Part shown: positions 55,084 through 64,000 of the stretch, in pieces | How the letters are laid out: each line of letters begins with the position of its first letter | Position numbering within the stretch: the first letter of the stretch is position 1 | Made by a program: the position numbers and the translations under genes | Sequence record: OP292654.1 | Direction: 5' to 3' (one strand) | Length of the DNA: 64,000 bases | Notes under the pieces: model-generated | The model's database searches: none | The model's input: only the letters and a program-made list of their open reading frames with translations | What the model was told of the DNA's origin: nothing

Positions 55084-55713
55084 TTAAAAATCTATTATTA
55101 TTCTAGCAAGATAGCAAACACTTGAACCAACAGTAATTGAGGTTTGATTTGATATATTAGCTGTATTTGCTATTTGTGTGTTTGTGTATGAAGTACTAGT
55201 ACCAAGTGAAAAAGTTTGCTGAACATCATTGAGATAGATTTTTTCTACACCACTCTTTCTTTCTATTTTTATTTTAATCACTTTCTGATAATCAGATGGT
55301 CTAGTGTATGGTATACTATGAACTGAATTACCACTAGAATAACCAAAAAAACCAGCTAATCGCCATGCATAGCCAGCATCACTGTACTGAAATCCAGTTA
55401 ATGTACCTGATCCTAATGCCCCAAAAGATGCGATAGAACCATACCCACTATTCACATTAGAAGCACAATAATATGTAGCTTCAATGATACAATCAGAACT
55501 ACCAATATTAAATGATGTTGTCAGTGTACCTGCTGAAGCACCACGAGTATAGCCATATGTGTTAGTTGGAACTGCTGGAATCGTACCAAATGAACCTCCT
55601 GTCCATGTGGCATTTATTGAACCATTTGATGTGTTAGCATTAAAATCATAATCTATTTTGTATCTAGGAATAACAATATTCCCATATTGACTTATACGAG
55701 GAAATGGTAACAT
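55084..55713 (-). CDS. MLPFP-array protein, concanavalin-like beta-sandwich
   Basis: ERKSG.EKIYLN; paralog of 59268. Confidence 0.7.
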   Translation of the reverse strand: MLPFPRISQYGNIVIPRYKIDYDFNANTSNGSINATWTGGSFGTIPAVPTNTYGYTRGASAGTLTTSFNIGSSDCIIEATYYCASNVNSGYGSIASFGALGSGTLTGFQYSDAGYAWRLAGFFGYSSGNSVHSIPYTRPSDYQKVIKIKIERKSGVEKIYLNDVQQTFSLGTSTSYTNTQIANTANISNQTSITVGSSVCYLARIIIDF

Positions 55714-55722
55714 GTTTTCTCC

Positions 55723-56484
55723 TTAGTTTCCATTATAGATAGTACTGGTATCAAAGTTGGAAGTCCATACTGCTTTCTTGCGTATTCTGAATCTTTCTAT
55801 ACATGATACATGAGCATTACCATTGACGAATTGATAACCATATATACCAGTTTGTAATGATACAGGATTTATAATAGTATATGTGAAAGTTTGTTTCAAT
55901 ACTCCATTTATAAAGAACCTAAAGGTTCCTGAACCATTGTAAACCAAAGCTATATGATGCCATGTCGTGCTAATAACTTCATCATTACGTGATGTTGCTG
56001 TTCTTGGTGGAGTAGTATTATTATTCCATAAACTTAAGTACAGTGACCTATCTGAATCTTGTTGAACTAATAAACGTTGAGTATAGTTAGTGCCTTGAAT
56101 TATATTAGCATTAACAAATAGATAACTCATATTAGCATAAAAGTTATTAGTGATTACTGTATCAAGTCTATGCCAATAATCCACTGTCCATGCTCCAACC
56201 CATGTTGATGATGGTATTGATGATGTATATGTAGCACCACGGAAATTCATTTTAATACCTTTCCCATATTGAAATGTATTATCGTTGTATATTGCTGGAT
56301 AAGCCCCTATAGTACCTAGAACATTATTAATTACTGTTTGTGATGCACCCGCATAATCAGTGAATCCTGATTGACTGAAGTTTTTACTATCATAAGCTGA
56401 TAACAGAGAACCATCAGTTTCATCGTACCAATGTGTCGTTGGTGCGATATTCCCATATTGTACTAATTGTGGAAATGGTAACAT
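55723..56484 (-). CDS. MLPFP-array protein, LamG-like
   Basis: WTVDYW...TTWHHIALVYNG..RFFING..IERFRI. Confidence 0.75.
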   Translation of the reverse strand: MLPFPQLVQYGNIAPTTHWYDETDGSLLSAYDSKNFSQSGFTDYAGASQTVINNVLGTIGAYPAIYNDNTFQYGKGIKMNFRGATYTSSIPSSTWVGAWTVDYWHRLDTVITNNFYANMSYLFVNANIIQGTNYTQRLLVQQDSDRSLYLSLWNNNTTPPRTATSRNDEVISTTWHHIALVYNGSGTFRFFINGVLKQTFTYTIINPVSLQTGIYGYQFVNGNAHVSCIERFRIRKKAVWTSNFDTSTIYNGN

Positions 56485-56493
56485 TTTGTCTCC

Positions 56494-57342
56494 TTATGCT
56501 ACTACTGCTATAGTATTGTTTGTAAACATGGCATATAATTTATTATTATAAAAATTCATACCAACACAAACTCTTGTATCTGAAGTTAGCGATGTTACTA
56601 ATGAACCTTCACCAGTATCAGCATTATATTTGTACAATCCATTAGCATTGCTCCACAAATAAATCCATTTGTTATACCCACAAAAAATTGGATTCGCAGT
56701 AGTATTATTCATTGTGTAAGCTGTGCTCCATGTATTAGTACTTACTGTGTATTTCATTAATCGACGTGGACTATTATTATTAATATAAACAGCACCATTG
56801 TAGTAATATCCATTTGATGTACCACCAAATCCAGGTGCTGTTAAATTTGTCCAGGATGAACCATTCCAGTAACTAAAAACTGTACCAGTACCGTTACCAC
56901 TAGGAGCATGAACCAAATAAAAAGTACTATCAGTAACTGATATTAATGTCACATTCCATGTGGAAGATGGAATAGTACCTATTTGTGTCCATGTTGTACT
57001 TGCTGGTGAATAAGAATCAAATCTGTTGCTTCCAACTCCACCACTATTATTATAACCTCCAGCCAGTACAAAATTGCCACTTGGTGTAGTAGCTATACCA
57101 GAGTTTCGTAATGTACTTACTGGTCTAGTTGTTATTTGTGACCATGTGTTAGCATCAGCATTATATCTGTACTGTGAACCAACTTGGTTAGTCATATACA
57201 TGTACTGACCGTTCCCGCAAAAACGGTTCTCAGCAGCAGCAGCACCAGGAGCCGTAGTTCCCGATGTTATTGTGCCAACAATTCCAGGATCAGGATACGC
57301 AATAGTATTCCCGTACTGGACTAATTGTGGAAAAGGTAACAT
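56494..57342 (-). CDS. MLPFP-array protein, Kelch beta-propeller
   Basis: VLAGG..FDSYSPASTTWT; KYTVSTNTWS; start corrected to the MLPFP ATG at 57342. Confidence 0.75.
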   Translation of the reverse strand: MLPFPQLVQYGNTIAYPDPGIVGTITSGTTAPGAAAAENRFCGNGQYMYMTNQVGSQYRYNADANTWSQITTRPVSTLRNSGIATTPSGNFVLAGGYNNSGGVGSNRFDSYSPASTTWTQIGTIPSSTWNVTLISVTDSTFYLVHAPSGNGTGTVFSYWNGSSWTNLTAPGFGGTSNGYYYNGAVYINNNSPRRLMKYTVSTNTWSTAYTMNNTTANPIFCGYNKWIYLWSNANGLYKYNADTGEGSLVTSLTSDTRVCVGMNFYNNKLYAMFTNNTIAVVA

Positions 57343-57353
57343 TATTATTCTCC

Positions 57354-58520
57354 TTAAGTGTATTTCGCTGGTAAAACTACTTCTTGAAATGTTGTATTTG
57401 AACCAGTACCGCCAAATGCTGTACCAATTATCCAAAGTTTTCTTGTTCCAGCACCAGTATCATATAACGCATACATTGATCTAGATGAAGCTTCACAGAA
57501 TTTTAATGAATCTATATTAACAACATCAGGCACATTTCTCAATAAATGTGGAGACTGATTTCCTGTATTACTAGTATCCAATGGCATCATATTATTTGCT
57601 GACCATCCATACATAGCCCCACTTCTTCTTATGTGCATAGCTATTGATGTTCCGGCTAGTATATAAAGTAAATTGTTAGATGAACTTCCTGAACCATTAA
57701 ACACTGCATAAGCATTTATTGTGTTATTAATGTTAGCAGTATTAACAACTCCACTAATACCACTATAATACATAATATTATCAGTACTTTTGAATATACA
57801 AAAGTTTGACCCGAATTGAATATCCGTAAATGTTTTACTTGATATTGTTGGAGTCCATGTAGTATATGTTCCAGAACCAGTATTTGATATTTGTTTCCAT
57901 CCATCATAACCAATACCAAAAGCATGTCCGGTACTATCTAAACCCATCCAAACATCATTATATCCAGTAGATAAAGGATATGAAAAAATCTTTACCAATG
58001 GAGTACTAGGAGTATTAATTCTCCAACCAGTATATCCAGTACTTGTTATTGTTGTTCCAGTCATTATACTCGATGGAACAGTAGTATAGATATTGCCATC
58101 TGAACATAAAAATGCTACATAATTATATGAGAATTTAACATCAATTACAATATTACCAGATACAGGTATCCTATCACTTATATTAGTGTAAGTACTTATT
58201 GGTGATGTTCCTAGTGATGGTGAACCCAAAGTAGCAGATCTTAATACGCCACAAAACCAAATAGTACCATCATTCTTTATAGCTATACTACTATCTGAAC
58301 CATTCATGAATACATCACGAACATCAGTTAATGTAGAATCATACCATCCTAATGATGTACTTGTACTTCCTGTTCCTAAATTTCCAGACGGATTTGTGCC
58401 ATAACCAGTCAATGTTCCATCTGAACCCAATATTGTTAAATTACTACCACCAATAACCATTTTCTTTATTGAAGCAACTGGAACAATATTCGTATTACTT
58501 ATAATCGGAAAAGGTAACAT
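57354..58520 (-). CDS. MLPFP-array protein, RCC1-like beta-propeller
   Basis: DGTLTGYGTNPSGNLG; DGTIWFCG. Confidence 0.75.
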   Translation of the reverse strand: MLPFPIISNTNIVPVASIKKMVIGGSNLTILGSDGTLTGYGTNPSGNLGTGSTSTSLGWYDSTLTDVRDVFMNGSDSSIAIKNDGTIWFCGVLRSATLGSPSLGTSPISTYTNISDRIPVSGNIVIDVKFSYNYVAFLCSDGNIYTTVPSSIMTGTTITSTGYTGWRINTPSTPLVKIFSYPLSTGYNDVWMGLDSTGHAFGIGYDGWKQISNTGSGTYTTWTPTISSKTFTDIQFGSNFCIFKSTDNIMYYSGISGVVNTANINNTINAYAVFNGSGSSSNNLLYILAGTSIAMHIRRSGAMYGWSANNMMPLDTSNTGNQSPHLLRNVPDVVNIDSLKFCEASSRSMYALYDTGAGTRKLWIIGTAFGGTGSNTTFQEVVLPAKYT

Positions 58521-58603
58521 TTATCCCCCTTTTAATTCTTATTACTGTATTTACCTATATAAACAAGAAAAGCCCGACCTAAATCGAGCCTTTATTGAGT
58601 ATA

Positions 58604-59257
58604 TCATAGTACTGCGTCTATTCTTATTCTTTGTATTTGACCCTGGAAATTAGCATTACCAGCACCACGTACATAACTAGCACCGATGGCAAATTGTGTA
58701 CCATTGCCAAATCCTGCCGGTACTGTACCACTGAATACATTTGTATTACTATCGTTATCGTGGATAATCATTGTCTTGGTAGTCGGAATCCATTCGATAG
58801 TTAAATCTCTCCAAGTACTAACTGTGTAAGAGAATTGACACCTGGTAAAAGTACCAGCACTGTCAGTACAGAATAATTGAGTACCAGTAGCATTGAACAA
58901 CGTTAGTAATATACCACCAACAATTGAACCACTAGAATAAAAATCACCAGTACTGAATACCATGTTTTCAGATGATACAGTACTCTTGAATACTATTCGC
59001 ATCTTAAAATGTAAATTACTTAATGATATGTTGCTTACCATTGGTGTAGTAAAATATGATGAACCACTGAATTGCATAACATTACCTTTAGTGGCATCAT
59101 TAACTACTGATGCTGCTCCCGTTCCTACCTTCGTAAAAACATGTCCAGCAGCATCAGTAACTGTAGTACTTCCAACAGAACTATTATTAAAATTAATATC
59201 CATTAATGCTGTCTGAACAACATTTCCGTACTGTACTAATTGTGGAAATGGTAACAT
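58604..59257 (-). CDS. MLPFP-array protein, LamG-like
   Basis: GNVMQFSG...TWRDLTIEW...NFQGQIQRIRI. Confidence 0.75.
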   Translation of the reverse strand: MLPFPQLVQYGNVVQTALMDINFNNSSVGSTTVTDAAGHVFTKVGTGAASVVNDATKGNVMQFSGSSYFTTPMVSNISLSNLHFKMRIVFKSTVSSENMVFSTGDFYSSGSIVGGILLTLFNATGTQLFCTDSAGTFTRCQFSYTVSTWRDLTIEWIPTTKTMIIHDNDSNTNVFSGTVPAGFGNGTQFAIGASYVRGAGNANFQGQIQRIRIDAVL

Positions 59258-59267
59258 TTACTTCTCC

Positions 59268-59876
59268 TTAAAAGTTTAATTTAACATTTATTAATGCCAT
59301 ACCAGTACTACCTAAATTTAATGAAGTTAATGTAGTATAGTTGATAGTATCAACAATCTGTGTATTACTATATGAAGTGCTTGTTCCAACAGCAAAGTTA
59401 GTCTGTACACCATTAACATAAAACTTAGATATTCCAGACTTTCTCTCCCATCTCAATTTAAATACCTGCTGGTAAGTACTGAAACGAGTATCTGGAATCG
59501 CGTACTGTAATGTCTGATTACCAGCATCAGCAGCGTACTGTATGCGGTTCCCATAACCACTATCACCATATCTTAAACCAGTGTTCTGATTAAATGTAGC
59601 AATAATGCTGTACCCAACTGTATTGTTATTATTGTAATACTCAGCCTCTAAGTAATAATCTCCAGTACTAATAGGTAAAGCACTTGGAAAGGTTAATGTA
59701 GCACCACCAATCCCTGTACTATATCCACTTACAGGTACTGAAATATAGGAACCACCACTTACAGTTCCAGATAACAATCCAGAACTAACCGTTGTATTGT
59801 TCGAAAATGTATACTCATATTTCGGGATATTCAGTACTGTATTGCCGTACTGTAGCATTCTTGGAAATGGTAACAT
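59268..59876 (-). CDS. MLPFP-array protein, concanavalin-like beta-sandwich
   Basis: WERKSGISKFYVNG; shares GTSTSY.NTQI with 55084. Confidence 0.7.
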   Translation of the reverse strand: MLPFPRMLQYGNTVLNIPKYEYTFSNNTTVSSGLLSGTVSGGSYISVPVSGYSTGIGGATLTFPSALPISTGDYYLEAEYYNNNNTVGYSIIATFNQNTGLRYGDSGYGNRIQYAADAGNQTLQYAIPDTRFSTYQQVFKLRWERKSGISKFYVNGVQTNFAVGTSTSYSNTQIVDTINYTTLTSLNLGSTGMALINVKLNF

Positions 59877-59885
59877 ATATACCCC

Positions 59886-60626
59886 TTAAATATTTTTAAC
59901 AAATATAGGCCACCAAAAATTGATAGCTTGAGTCCATAATGGTGCTATACTCGTAGTACAGATTTGTGAGAATTCATAATCCCCACCAGAACTTGCTGTA
60001 TCAAATCTACCGCGACCTAATGAACGTGGAGAAGTTCTTGAACCATCTGAACCCTGACATAAAGCCCAACGCCTAGTACTAGAACTATAGGTGAATCGAG
60101 GAACTTTATCTGAAGTCTGAACCGTATATCCAGAAGTAAATGAAGATGGTGTATTACTCCAAATACTATAAAAGAATCTCTCCCAATCAGTCATTGGATT
60201 ATAGTACTGTGGATCATTACTCAAAAAATTAGATACAGTACTTGTTGGTGCTCCAGTAGGTAACATGATTTTATATACTGAACCTTCTATAGTAATAGTT
60301 TGACTCTGTATTGTCAATGCTATACCACTAGAACTGTCAAATATATCTGGCCCATTATCATTTGAACCATATACCATACCTTTTTCATATACTTCCTTAT
60401 ATGAAGCAATAGCAAAAGGTTGACTTGGTATAATATAGTACTTACTGTTATAAACAAATTTAAAACATCTAAATGAACCCTGCTGTGAAACCCTAGTACC
60501 ACTAGGATTTAATGTATCCATTATGGTACTATATAAATTAGTACTGACTAATCCCACATATTGATCTGTCAGTACAGGAGGAACTACAACGTTCCCATAT
60601 TCTATTAATTGCGGAAATGGTAACAT
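59886..60626 (-). CDS. MLPFP-array protein, unknown domain (putative virion protein)
   Basis: FKFVYNSKYYIIP...WERFFY; shared N-terminal peptide. Confidence 0.65.
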   Translation of the reverse strand: MLPFPQLIEYGNVVVPPVLTDQYVGLVSTNLYSTIMDTLNPSGTRVSQQGSFRCFKFVYNSKYYIIPSQPFAIASYKEVYEKGMVYGSNDNGPDIFDSSSGIALTIQSQTITIEGSVYKIMLPTGAPTSTVSNFLSNDPQYYNPMTDWERFFYSIWSNTPSSFTSGYTVQTSDKVPRFTYSSSTRRWALCQGSDGSRTSPRSLGRGRFDTASSGGDYEFSQICTTSIAPLWTQAINFWWPIFVKNI

Positions 60627-60638
60627 ATTTTTTATCCT

Positions 60639-61565
60639 TTATGTCAATTTAAATGCTTGTGAAGTAACAGGTGATTTTCCACCTAATGTCAATATGAAGT
60701 TATCCTGTACTGAAGCAAATATATTCGCGTCAATAGCATAACCTGGTATAGTACTCAAAAATATTAAATTACTTAAATCAGATTTGTATAATGAACCAGT
60801 ATCAAATCCCATTAACGCAACCGTACCTTTAAAATATTCAATACGCCCTATCTGTGTTGAAGTACTGAACATTATATTCCAAACATTACTATCAGTACTG
60901 TACCTCATTAAATGATATGTACCTCCTGAACCTGGTGTTCCTGAACCACCCTGTACACCCATACTGTAAAAGTCTGAACCAATCATAAACGATGAACTCG
61001 CATAGGACATTGGATAAGGCGATGTAGCTAATGTACTCCAAGTATTAGAAGCAATATCATATGAATGCATTGTATTCGCAGATGCCTGTGTATAGTAATC
61101 ACCGAACAAATATAACTTCCCATTGTAGTACTGCATTGTACTATGTACCCTAGCCGCCGGTAAAGTTCCTGAACCTACTATAGCTGAACTCCAAGTTCCT
61201 GTATCAATACTATATCTGTACATGTCATTACGCTTCGTACTCAATGACGGAGTTCCAGTACTTCCACCAAAAACATATATCATGTTATTAACAGAATCAT
61301 GTGCCATTGCTGACCCACCACGAACACCCTGTGGATGCTGTAATAAAGAACTCCACGTATCAGTACTAGCTGTGTACTTCCAAAAGTCTCTGTAGTATGT
61401 AGTACTGTTAACTCCACCTAAAGCATATATGTCTCCTGATGGAGTCCTACAATATCCCATCTCAGCACGTACCGACATTGCCGAATAAGTATTTGCTTCA
61501 TAATTACCTAAGAATGTTGGTACTACAACGTTCCCGTACTCTACTAATTGTGGAAATGGTAACAT
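60639..61565 (-). CDS. MLPFP-array protein, Kelch beta-propeller
   Basis: IYALGG..YTASTDTWS; IYVFGG..YSIDTGTWS; LYLFG..YDIASNTWS. Confidence 0.8.
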   Translation of the reverse strand: MLPFPQLVEYGNVVVPTFLGNYEANTYSAMSVRAEMGYCRTPSGDIYALGGVNSTTYYRDFWKYTASTDTWSSLLQHPQGVRGGSAMAHDSVNNMIYVFGGSTGTPSLSTKRNDMYRYSIDTGTWSSAIVGSGTLPAARVHSTMQYYNGKLYLFGDYYTQASANTMHSYDIASNTWSTLATSPYPMSYASSSFMIGSDFYSMGVQGGSGTPGSGGTYHLMRYSTDSNVWNIMFSTSTQIGRIEYFKGTVALMGFDTGSLYKSDLSNLIFLSTIPGYAIDANIFASVQDNFILTLGGKSPVTSQAFKLT

Positions 61566-61575
61566 CTATTTCTCC

Positions 61576-63642
61576 TTATTGTACCTTCCATGTGTTTGTA
61601 CTCGCAGAAGAAGAACTTCCACCAATCCAGTATACCTTACCTTGATTAGTACTAGCTCCTAATACAAATCTGTCACCCATCGTAGTTCCTGAACCTACTA
61701 CACTCCATAAGTTAGAAGCTAATCTGTACGCACGTAATTGAGCACCACTCGTACTTAACTGATAGATAAATCCATTACAATATACCATCCTCGCAGTTCC
61801 TGAACCCTTAGCTGATAATAATACCCACATACTCTTACTAACTATGTATTTGTAAAACGTTGAGTTCGTTGTACAAATGTATAAATCAGTACCGTCAGTA
61901 ACCATATCTGTATTAACATCCTGTGTGCCTATATCACTAGGTACTGTAGATATTAATGTGAATGTATTCGTACCAGGATCAAATCTGTAAAAGTTATTCG
62001 AAGTACTAAATCCTGTACCACCAAATATATAGATGGACGCACCAATAGCACACATCTTAGCAAAATCCCTCGCCCCTGGCGTTCCCGTAGTACTCAATAA
62101 CGTAAACACTCCAGTACTCAAATCTACACTATGCATCGTGTTTGTAGTACTTCCACCTGTACTCGTGATTCGTCCACCAAATATGTATAACTTATCATTG
62201 TATACCGTTATACATGCCCCGTACTTCGCAATAGCACTTGCATCCATAGGAACCTGTGTCCAAGCATCTGTCGGAACATCATATATCCATATGTCACTCT
62301 GCATCGTGTTACCACTAACTAAAGCACCACCATAGACTATAAACTTGTCAGTACCATATGGACATACAGCATGACCATATCTAGCCATGTTCGGTACTGT
62401 AGTACTTATATTACTGTACGCACCACTTATAGGTGCTTCACTTGTCCATAATACCGATTGCGGTGTACTCATTAATGTCCATGTCGTCGCATTCGCCGAT
62501 AACAATGAATTAGCAGTACTACCAGTTACATAGACTTCATCCTTCACTACAGCATAAGCATTAGATGGATTGTTACATAAGTATCTAATATCCGCTGTGT
62601 CTAATCTGCTCATTGCTCCAGTACTAGCATTGATTAATGTAGTAGTAGGATTCGTCGCAATACCTGTTCCTAACAAATAACTGTTGTTCAATCCTACTGC
62701 CTTTAATCCTGAACTCGTTCCTATAAAAGTACTGTAATAATACCCACTAGATGAAATGATATTATTCGCTCCAGATGTAACAGGTATGTATGGACTCGAT
62801 ACATATGTACTAGGTGATGTTGTTCCATTACCTGCTTGATATTGCCCATTATTACCATATATACGAACACCACCATCAGTTCCCAATATCCATAAATTAT
62901 AATCATTTACAGATAACTTCTGTATTCCTACAGTACCATTGATAGTGTACTGCTGAAATGTCGTTCTTACACTGCTCGTAGTACTGTCAGCTAAGGTTCC
63001 ATATGTATTTGTACCACATCTCCAATATGTCCCGTCCAACTTCTTTATCCATGTAACGTTCTGACCAAAATAAACCTCAGAAACATTATCACCATTAGGA
63101 ATCTGTACTAACGTATAAATCGAAGCAGTACTAGTAGCATTACCTAACGCATTGTATTGATTACTTCCTATACCCCATAAATGATTGTTAACATCAATTA
63201 CATAAAAACGAGAAGGACTGTTCTCATACAAATATATCGCCTTAATTGTAGATATATCAAATGTACTAAACACTGAAGTCATATCAGTCCATGTACTTGT
63301 GTTAACTAAACCATATCCCTGACCCGCCGAGTTCGCAAAAGCATTCGTTATATTACCTGAATACCAAGCAGTATTATCCTTCTTTATAATAACAGTACTA
63401 ACATTCGAACTAGCACATAAACGTACATTAGTATTAACTCTACTCCAAGCACCACTAATAGCTGTAGTATTCCCCGTTCCAAATAAACTGTTACTTGAAC
63501 CATTAAACCCTAAAGCATACAAATCACCATTGTCATATAGGATAGTTTGGGCTGAATTGTACGTAACATTAAATTGCTTTATAAGCTTTATCTCAGGAAT
63601 AATGTTGTTCCCGTAATAAACTAATTGTGGAAAAGGTAACAT
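61576..63642 (-). CDS. MLPFP-array protein, RCC1-like + Kelch double propeller
   Basis: N-half LWGIGSNQY/YGNNGQYQAG repeats; C-half IVYGG/LYIFGG Kelch repeats; start corrected to 63642. Confidence 0.8.
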   Translation of the reverse strand: MLPFPQLVYYGNNIIPEIKLIKQFNVTYNSAQTILYDNGDLYALGFNGSSNSLFGTGNTTAISGAWSRVNTNVRLCASSNVSTVIIKKDNTAWYSGNITNAFANSAGQGYGLVNTSTWTDMTSVFSTFDISTIKAIYLYENSPSRFYVIDVNNHLWGIGSNQYNALGNATSTASIYTLVQIPNGDNVSEVYFGQNVTWIKKLDGTYWRCGTNTYGTLADSTTSSVRTTFQQYTINGTVGIQKLSVNDYNLWILGTDGGVRIYGNNGQYQAGNGTTSPSTYVSSPYIPVTSGANNIISSSGYYYSTFIGTSSGLKAVGLNNSYLLGTGIATNPTTTLINASTGAMSRLDTADIRYLCNNPSNAYAVVKDEVYVTGSTANSLLSANATTWTLMSTPQSVLWTSEAPISGAYSNISTTVPNMARYGHAVCPYGTDKFIVYGGALVSGNTMQSDIWIYDVPTDAWTQVPMDASAIAKYGACITVYNDKLYIFGGRITSTGGSTTNTMHSVDLSTGVFTLLSTTGTPGARDFAKMCAIGASIYIFGGTGFSTSNNFYRFDPGTNTFTLISTVPSDIGTQDVNTDMVTDGTDLYICTTNSTFYKYIVSKSMWVLLSAKGSGTARMVYCNGFIYQLSTSGAQLRAYRLASNLWSVVGSGTTMGDRFVLGASTNQGKVYWIGGSSSSASTNTWKVQ

Positions 63643-64000
63643 CTTTATCTCCTTATAAAAATTCTTACATGTACTATCATGCACTGATAGTACGTAGTAT
63701 ACGTATTTACCTGCATAGACAGTACTAGACACCTCTTAGAACATCATCTATAATACCCCTATAACCTCCTAGAACGCTCTGTAACGCATCGGTTTGATTC
63801 CTGTAGTATCGCTATTGCGATATCGAAAGGATTCAAACTAGCTAAAATAGCGTTCGCGATATTCTATGTATTAATATACAGTACTGTAAAAATACACAAT
63901 ATGTATAAGCTAACAGTACTATTGAATACTTTAACAGGCACGAGATACTAATGTCAATCCCTTGTATAGTACTGTACCAGTACTGAACCCCCTTCCACTA

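Noticed and set aside
53293-63642. Diversity-generating retroelement or invertase shufflon acting on the adhesin array
   Set aside because: There is no reverse transcriptase, TR/VR pair, recombinase or inverted cassette in the window; all genes are co-oriented and complete.
1-64000. CRISPR array
   Set aside because: No regularly spaced identical repeats. The CAGCAA family and MLPFP starts are irregularly spaced and degenerate.

Overview
A 64-kb segment of an AT-rich lytic jumbo phage, probably an Enterobacterales myovirus of the GAP32/CBB/BF/RaK2/121Q-type group (inferred from gene content; not database-checked). (1) 2.3-19.9 kb is a large tRNA cluster of about 21 intact tRNAs plus several degenerate ones. 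It is interleaved with small ORFs, including an Acb2 anti-CBASS sponge, a PrlF-antitoxin-like peptide and two HNH endonucleases. (2) 20-53 kb holds early/accessory genes driven by many sigma70-type promoters: a sigma70-family factor, denV, AAA ATPases, HNH proteins, a YgiB homologue and several paralog families. It also has two long ORF-free structured regions of about 1.2 kb and 0.5 kb. (3) 53.3-63.6 kb on the minus strand is an array of 11 genes sharing an N-terminal MLPFP..YGN peptide fused to different RCC1, Kelch or LamG-like domains. The most striking unexplained feature is a family of 13 related non-coding elements at 2.4-7.7 kb, built as terminal stem + CAGCAA ... (GA)AAAC + terminal stem. 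Their cargo is a bare anticodon stem-loop, a circularly permuted tRNA-like module, or unclear, and one copy sits as a 49-nt insertion inside an otherwise perfect tRNA-Lys. Also notable: strong over-representation of AGTACT, and a G(A/G)AACG-N16-TATAAT promoter class found only upstream of stable-RNA loci.
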